Below, piece by piece: positions 36,106 through 43,482 of a stretch of 43,482 nt of DNA (the first letter of the stretch is position 1; every line of letters begins with the position of its first letter). The notes below the pieces were generated by a model. It had not been told where the DNA came from, did not search any database, and saw only the letters and a program-made list of their open reading frames with translations. Location: contig CAJVPI010000197.1 of assembly GCA_910592345.1 (NCBI GenBank), positions 1 to 43,482 on the forward strand, given 5' to 3'. The translations under genes were made by a program, and so were the position numbers. This DNA is from Paraglomus brasilianum (lineage: Eukaryota).

Positions 36106-36548
36106 TCTGAGCCAGGGTTGGTTTGTTTAAGAATGTGAGTTATAGTTAACCGTGTTTATTAAAATTTATCTCGCGTATTCTTTTTACTTAAGATGGACTT
36201 GTAAAGCGTATTTCGTGACTCGTATGATATGGATTTCGTATCAAAGCAGTTACTTTAGGCTTGTAGTTCAACCTTTTCCTAAAGGTTACGACATGAAAGA
36301 AACGAGTAGTCCAGTAATACATATTCTGTATTAAAATCAATTTTCGTTCTGTAAAGAGTATCTTTTAATTTCATCATTTCCGGTTTATTTTTATAATAAT
36401 AAACAAGTTGACATTGCTTGAATGTATTCAATAAACCTGTCTAATTATTTAACTGTCCAATTAACTACTCATCTAATAAACAAGAATGCCATGAGTCTAC
36501 TAGTAAATGGCAAATTTTAATTTACTCTGATGGTGGATCAACCATAAC

Positions 36549-37838
36549 TCAGGTCTCGTCATAAACCCTATATTCTTCGACCTTGTAGACCTTGGGCGTT
36601 CTATCCTCTGATGGAATTAATCGATTGCTTCTATATGTCTTTTCATTATAATTGTCCACCTGTTTCGTCATCTTCCATTCGGATGTCGTAGCAGGCCATT
36701 GTGAAAAATGCTGACTGAGTTTCTCGTACAACAATCCTAATCGTTCGCAAACTTGTTCGCACGGTGGTCGTTCATCAGGATTTCCATCCCAGCATTTTGA
36801 ATATAGTTCAATATACTCTCTTGGCGTTCCCGAAACGGCAGGATCACGCGAACCTTTCAGTCTGTACAGGACGATTTCGTAACTTTGAGTGCGTCCTTCA
36901 CATGAAATGCTTCCACTTGAGATTTCCCAGAGTATTACCCCAAGACTAAAGATATCCGATCTCTTTCCGCGTCTAAACGACTCATCATTAAAAGACATGG
37001 GATCAATGTATGCTGTATTGCCTTCACCTCTTGATGTGGACATTGTTTGTTTTAATATGCTAGACAAGCCAAAGTCTGTTATCTTTGCGATACCATCCCG
37101 CACTAGGACATTAGTGGACGACTGTACATTCAAACAAGTATAAGTATCCAGTTGGGATGTAATTTCCCAAATGCATAGAAGAGAAATGAAACAACAATAC
37201 TATACCAAATCTTTATGAATAATGTCGAGCTCATGCAGGTACATCAATCCACTTGCAACATCCAGACCTAGTTTGCATTTATTAACCCATGTTAAATCGT
37301 TAAAGTGTCCCGTCAAGTATGTACGCAGAGTACCATCGTCAGCAAATTCGAAGACCATAAGATAATGAGTAGTGTCTGTTGATACGCAATTATTATAAGA
37401 ACGTGATAAGAACAAATCATAACTTTAAATACAGGTTTCAGCGGCATTAAATATACCTCTACATAGCCCTAAGAACCGAATGATGTTTGGATGAGCTTCA
37501 ACTTTCCGATTATTCTCTAACTAAAGTATAGATCGATTGATGCTTTATCAGTTGGAAATCATTGAACAAAGCAATCGATGCTTACAACCAAAGCAGACAA
37601 TAACCTCTTTGACAAACTTTTTGTATAATTGTTCTTCATCGATATATGCATCTGGAGAAAGTTTTTTTACTGCAACAATTGTTCCTGAGCGTTTTAGTTT
37701 TGCCTTATACACTAACGCAAATCCACCATGGCCGATAATTTGACGGTCTATAACTTCACTTTCTGAATAACATTCTATTGATCCTTCTTCAATAATTTTG
37801 TCCAACCGCTCCCTGCCAGATAATTGACTCTGAGGCAT
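36549..37838 (-). CDS. TKL protein kinase, LRR-less paralog of 6537-11111, 4 exons
   Basis: Exons 37838-37605, 37520-37457, 37375-37206, 37121-36549 (same three intron positions as the kinase-LRR gene). Motifs IGHGGFALVY, VAVKK, IIHKDL|SSTNVL, ITDFG, SDIFSLGVILWEI, then a short C-terminal tail. Confidence 0.9.
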
Positions 37839-38564
37839 GATCGAAAGGAGCTACTGACTTGCCGCAAAGATGGTGTAGTTATGTCACCAAAATCTTGCGG
37901 TCCCGTGACATCCGATTTCCATCAGATTTTATTGTAGCAAGAGTTTAAAAAAATAGCGGTTGTATTGGCTTAATGTAATCTATAACAGCCTGGTTACTGT
38001 AACGGGTATATTTTTGTTAAAACAATGCGACTTGTATCCTTAAAAACGATCAACGCGTATTGATGTCAACATAATGAGAGATACAGTATGCATGCTAATT
38101 AATAACTTATACACTTACTTCCAAATACCCGAAAATCATAATTCAGAAATCAGTGCACTTTCTGCTTCATACAATATGGTACAATAAAAATGCTATCCGC
38201 GATTAAATGATTCGAGGGAAAAACGAGATTCGAAATTTGAGGATTATGAGGACTAATCTACCCGAAGATCTCCATTTCACTTTTACTTACATAATACAGT
38301 GCTGATTACTTAGAATATAATATAATGCGGTGGATTTCGTGACATTCCAAGCTGTGAAACGATTCAGTTTGACCGAGGTACTAATCAGATTGCAGTTTCT
38401 TTATTGTCGAAAAGCCTTCACGCTTTTTTGTATAAATAATACCCTTGACATCCCCCCTGTATTACCAGCTTCGCGTTGTGATATCGTGCCAAAAAAGTCC
38501 TTGGTAAAGCAATTAAGACAGCCTAATAATTTGGGATCGGATTGCTTACTCAAACAATACGTGT

Positions 38565-40300
38565 GGTCATACACGGATATAACGAAGGAGACGGTACAGA
38601 CACTTTTCTTCGTTATATCGAGGGATTCGTTATATCCAGGTTTCATACATATATTTCTTATAGTAATACACATTGTTATATAAAGAAGTTCCGTTATGTC
38701 TTTATTGTAAACGTAATTCAAAATTGTTCGATATTTACAAATTCAAATTCATCAAGCGTTGTTTGACGTGCCACTTCTAGACTGCTTTGTGATATCGTTC
38801 TTCTCAATTTAGTCAAACACCTAACAACCGACACTTCTACTCCAAGATTTTTCTGAGCAATATATGCCAAAGTACTATCAATTCCAACTAAAGCCTCTGA
38901 ACTGGTAACAATTCGTTCCGATTGAACGTTTTCGTCTTCTTGGCCGTCAACCTGGTTGATAGTGTCAACTATTTGTTGCGTTAAAGTGGCATCATCAGCA
39001 CTGTTGTTCAAGTCTATAGCTTTGCCGATATGTATATAGTTTTCTACGCTTATTGGATTATCTATCGGTAATTGTTTGATGAGATTAACGATTTTTATGA
39101 GTCTCATTCGGAGCGGTATATCCATTTCTGATAAATTCTGTTCAAACATGCCGTGTGAGAATGTCAGCACGACATTATAGTCTTAGATGACACCTGATTC
39201 GGAAAAATTAATTGCATTCAAAATTGTGGAGCTGCGGTGCAACCAATAAGACGCGCATCATATTGATCAATGAGATATGAGCATAAGATCTTGCGATATT
39301 GAGCCTAAAAAATAGTTAACCAAATGAAGTTAGATAAGTTTATTTCATTAAAAACGCGCCTAGTATTAAGCCTGACTGAACAATTAATAACCTTCAGACC
39401 GTATATTATGTCTTGGTCAAGAGGTTGCATTTGACTAGTAGTAAAAAATCACTCTAACATTCGACTGTTCGAGATTATCGGTCTTGTGACTTGAGACATT
39501 ATTTACAAGATATTCTTCCTCCAACATTTCATTCAGTTGATTAAGATAACTAGCAAATATCGACCATTGCATCCATGCTGATTTATTGTGATAGTACCGC
39601 ACTCCCAAAGATTTTTTTATCAATACCGCATAGCTCGAGGATTCTTAACGTTGTGAATAAACAAAAGTTACACTTTTCATGTCCAACTGCATTGCACGTA
39701 ACTAAAAGAGAGACACGATCTTTTGCTAATTTCTTCCCATTGACAGGCCCGTGAGCGAGAATTTTTCGCGGTTCTAATTTCCAATATAATCCAGTTTTAT
39801 CACAGTTAAATATGTCGCATGCATTATAGTCAGCTAGAATTAATTTCAATTCGAATCTCTGTTGCGGTAAAAGATCGCTATTAACACTTCCTGCTTCATC
39901 GCATTTTTTGTAGGATTGTAGGTTATTTCTTTTTTAAATCCTTGCAACCACCCATTTGCTGCACTGAAACTCTGGTATAACAGTGTGGCAAACTGCCTTG
40001 CTTTTTGTTTTATCATATGTCTGTGAGTGTTATGTTGTCGCGAACAGCATTTTCGATCCAAAGACCCATTGCCTATCAATATTTGGATAATCACTTTTAC
40101 TACGACGTTTTGATCTTCCTGCGAACGATGTTTCATCAACACTAAGCCACTGTTCTTTGTTCGCCAATATTTCACTCACTGTTGACTCAAAAAGCCTAGC
40201 AAGATCTTTGTTGGTGAGAGAAAGATTGGGTCTTTTTTTTTTCTTTTTTTTTCGCTCCAGTTAATGCTGCTCTAGAATTTTTGGTTTTATATTTTGCAAC
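38565..40300 (-). mobile_element. Decayed pogo/Tc5 (CENP-B HTH + DDE_1) transposon
   Basis: Frameshifted pieces: KNSRAALTGAKKKE, MIKQKARQFATLL..FSAANGWLQGFKK, DIFNCDKTGLYWK, KDRVSLLVTCNAVG, YYHNKSAWMQ, QPLDQDII, RQTTLDEF. Pogo-type GGATATAACG/CGTTATATC subterminal repeats at ~38574-38638. Confidence 0.85.
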
Positions 40301-40532
40301 CTCAGTGGCAAAAGAATCTATAAATTGAACACTTGACATCCATTCACCGAGATTCAGCGAAGACTTTATTAATACTTGATCTATATATCGATATACAGTA
40401 TATACGGGGATGGTCATGGTTAGGGTTTTAAATAAATGATGTCATAAGTAATACAATATTCATAACATTATTAGAAGCATCCTAGCCGAGTTTGTTCTGT
40501 AGATTTCAAATAAATTTTCGGATATACTGTAC

Positions 40533-41230
40533 CTAGGCATTAATAGCAAAACCTTTATTTATTAATATAATAAAAACCTCTTTACTTATAAATTGTGGCT
40601 CTCTCTGATGAAAAAATTTGTTAACTTTTTTTGTTGTCTTGCCTTGCATATATTCGATTGAATATTTTTGCAATCTTGGCGAGTCTTGTTCTTCTACAAA
40701 TTTGGCTGGGTCTTGCTGCTCCACATACTGCAAAAGTAATTTGCACTGCTCCAATGCCGTAGAATGAGGAATTTTTTCTATTTCAATTCATTACTACTAT
40801 CAGAATTAGATGTTTGTCTCGATAGTATCATCAAATACAAAGTGAATATAATGGTTTGCTGCCACTACATGCTAGCAGAAAAGTCAGAAATTAATTGTTC
40901 AATATCAGTTTCTAGTTCTGGATTCTCGGTATATTCTTGTACGTCTGGATTTTGCCAATTCCATTCGGTCAATGGTACTATTTCAGTTTTTCGCCAGCAA
41001 TTGTCTGATACTGAGAGGTTACGTTTCTGAACAAAGACTAATTGCTTCTTTTATGTTGAGGCGAGGTTTTTCTTTTTCAGAGTTGATTGCTTCTAATACA
41101 GTTTGAAGGTACAACTTTCGGTAGTGAGCTTTGAAAGAGTTTATTATTCCGGCATCAACACGGTTGTAAATAAGGGGTGGTATTCGGTGGCAAAAAGTTG
41201 AACTTTTACATAATTCAATTCTTCGCTAAC
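40533..41230 (-). pseudogene. 3' part of a second pogo/Tc5 DDE_1 transposase, degraded
   Basis: NYVKVQL.LPPNTTPYLQP..DAGIINSFKAHYRK, NIKEAI, NCWRKTEIV and an acidic C-terminal region across frameshifts. Confidence 0.75.
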
Positions 41231-43482
41231 TACCCATACAGTCAGTCACTGACATTCGAGTGTCTTTTCAATCCATAGCATCAACATGTACAAAAAGTTT
41301 GAAACTTAATCTGGACTAACTCGAATTGGCCCATCGTTCCAATCGTATATGTAGTCATATCAAATGACCAGCATACTGTATCTTTTAACTCATTCCTCAC
41401 CGGAATTATTAGTTATAATCGTTGCCACGAGAAATATAGTCACTTACTGTAAGACGTTCATTCCCAGTCCATGGAAAACTCGTTCTCCGTTAAAACGGAT
41501 AACATTAACATAGCATGACCTTCCTAGAATACTTATCACGATGTGTTGATATCCACTTTTGCGATGAATACATGTTACCCATGAGGATAACAATTTAATT
41601 TGTCATCAGACTTTGTTCATACAGTTATTGGGGAAAGTAGTCAAGCATCTAAACAGCTTCCATTTAATTGTCTGCGGCTTGATATTTTCAAGTTTGACTT
41701 TCAAACTTATTACCAAAGTTTAACTATGTGCTAAATATACACTCGACGTTTACATAAAAATAAGGAACTTAGGCGGAGCAAAGATCTGCTTGTAGAAAAC
41801 AAGCGAATGACAAGAGGGTTCCTCGCTGTATGATTTTAGTTCGCAACAAGCGCTTTTGTTACAGTCTGTTGTGCAAACCGGGGGGATGTTAGTCGATTTA
41901 AGGTTGGCTTGGATCAATCGACTATCCTTCTCTTCTGGCGAATCCTTCGTTACCCTGATTACTCAAACAAAGATATCGATTAGATGAAAGGGCTTAGCTT
42001 TGTTTGTGATTTAGACTGGTCAAGTTTCTACCTTGCTTATTATTATGTAGATCTGATCTCTGATATGAGCTCGCTCGAACGATTACCGCTAAGATTCTTT
42101 ATGCTTGTAAAATTAAGTCAAGGTAATATCCCCGTTATGTGGTATATTACAAGCGGAATTACCCTACATTGCAAGTTTGAATGACTCGTAAGTAGTTGTT
42201 ATATGACCGTTTTATATACTCTGAATCTTAATTGCCTGAGATATTACCAATTAGAGAATCGATAATCGAAGAGAAGTGTTTCCAACTCGGTGGACTCGAA
42301 TTGCATAAAATTGGTAATTGTTACGCAGATAGTAGAGGCTTCGACATAGCTATGGAATAAGCGTGGCAGAGTCTATGTTTGTAAACTTCTTGTTTACCTC
42401 CAACATCGATCGTCTGATGAGCAGTGACTACAATACTTACGTGGAGAGGAAGTAAAGGATGATAACACACCTTAGATCACACGTATGACCACCATCGTAA
42501 CAACTGTTCTTTTCTTTCATGCAACGGACTTACGGATTTCATTGACTGTTCTGGACATTATCTGCGGACTGTTGGCTGCTCTGGATATTGGGGGGTATTA
42601 TGCGGACTTTCGGATTTCGTTAGCTGCTCTGGGTATCGTCTGGCTAAATCATCTTTCTCGTTTCAGAAACAGCTTTCCAGCGCTGCTAGGTGCTTTATGA
42701 GTTCCCACGGATGTGACTGAGAGTGCAACCTGCCTGAAAGGTGGAGGTGATATAAGGGTGGACGTAATGATGGGGGAACCACACCCGACAGTGCCGTTCT
42801 ACCTGTGCGATCTCTGTATGAAGAAACTACGGTTAGTCTTATCTCAATTTATACAGAAACACGAACGTTTGCTAGATATTTACGCGGGGGGAGGAGCAAA
42901 GAACAAGAATGCGCCCCAAGATTTTTGTGTATCGAGGCTGGACATCTATACTCGATAATCACGTGATTTGTATAATAGTACGTAGAAGTGGAATTATAAG
43001 TCGTATTTATAAATATTTCTGATATTGGCGAAAAAATGCTCTGAGCGATTAAACGAGTTAGCGATATACGTACGTTGATAATTGTACAATCAACTGGCGT
43101 AAATTTTAATTATTTGATTGGTTTGAGTCATTGAATGATGCGACTTGGTACGGATACAAAATTTGGATAAGAAACCGGTTTTGAAAGTTTTGAACAATTG
43201 AAATTGTAATGGCTGGTATTTGTTGTGTGTCTACGATTTTCGGAATAATTGGCGTATACAGTCGAGACCATTTTTGAACAGTTGGTATTTTAATGGGGGG
43301 TAAACGAAAAAAGTTTTTGGAATGGCGTTTTTATTAATTGTGTAACGAAAAATAGTCAGAGAACATGAAAATTTACAGATATGTTCTTTATAATACACTA
43401 AAACGTTTTACTTATTGTTGCTTAGTAGCTTATCTTATTACCATTTCCCTCAATTATTTCATTCAATCTCGTCGGCATGCTA

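Larger units (their letters stand above)
34180..36110 (-). mobile_element. IS607-family eukaryotic element: serine-recombinase TnpA + Fanzor2/TnpB, decayed
   Basis: TnpA followed by an overlapping TnpB-like ORF on the same strand and a structured 3' non-coding end. Exact termini not determined. Confidence 0.88.

Noticed and set aside
40396..40529. TA|CAGTATAT...ATATACTG|TA as a MITE
   Set aside because: The inverted match is only ~8-11 bp of low complexity between two pogo remnants and cannot be assigned confidently.

Overview
AT-rich, intron-containing eukaryotic DNA. The kinase families suggest an arbuscular mycorrhizal fungus (Glomeromycotina); this is an inference. Host genes: a 6-exon microsomal-type epoxide hydrolase, four tyrosine-kinase-like (TKL) genes forming two paralog pairs, a bacterial-type bestrophin (UPF0187) channel and a candidate small secreted peptide. 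One kinase gene encodes a predicted pseudokinase (catalytic HRD replaced by HKN) fused to 40 ribonuclease-inhibitor-type 28-aa LRRs. The mobile fraction includes three decayed TnpB/Fanzor (RNA-guided nuclease family) loci. The first is an IS607-type element with a serine-recombinase TnpA, an intron-containing Fanzor2-like ORF and a structured 3' end. The other two are related ~2-kb copies, one lying between ~500-bp inverted repeats. There are also Tc1 and pogo/Tc5 transposase remnants and a 213-bp foldback MITE with an 8-bp target-site duplication. All exon structures, counts and alignments were done by eye.
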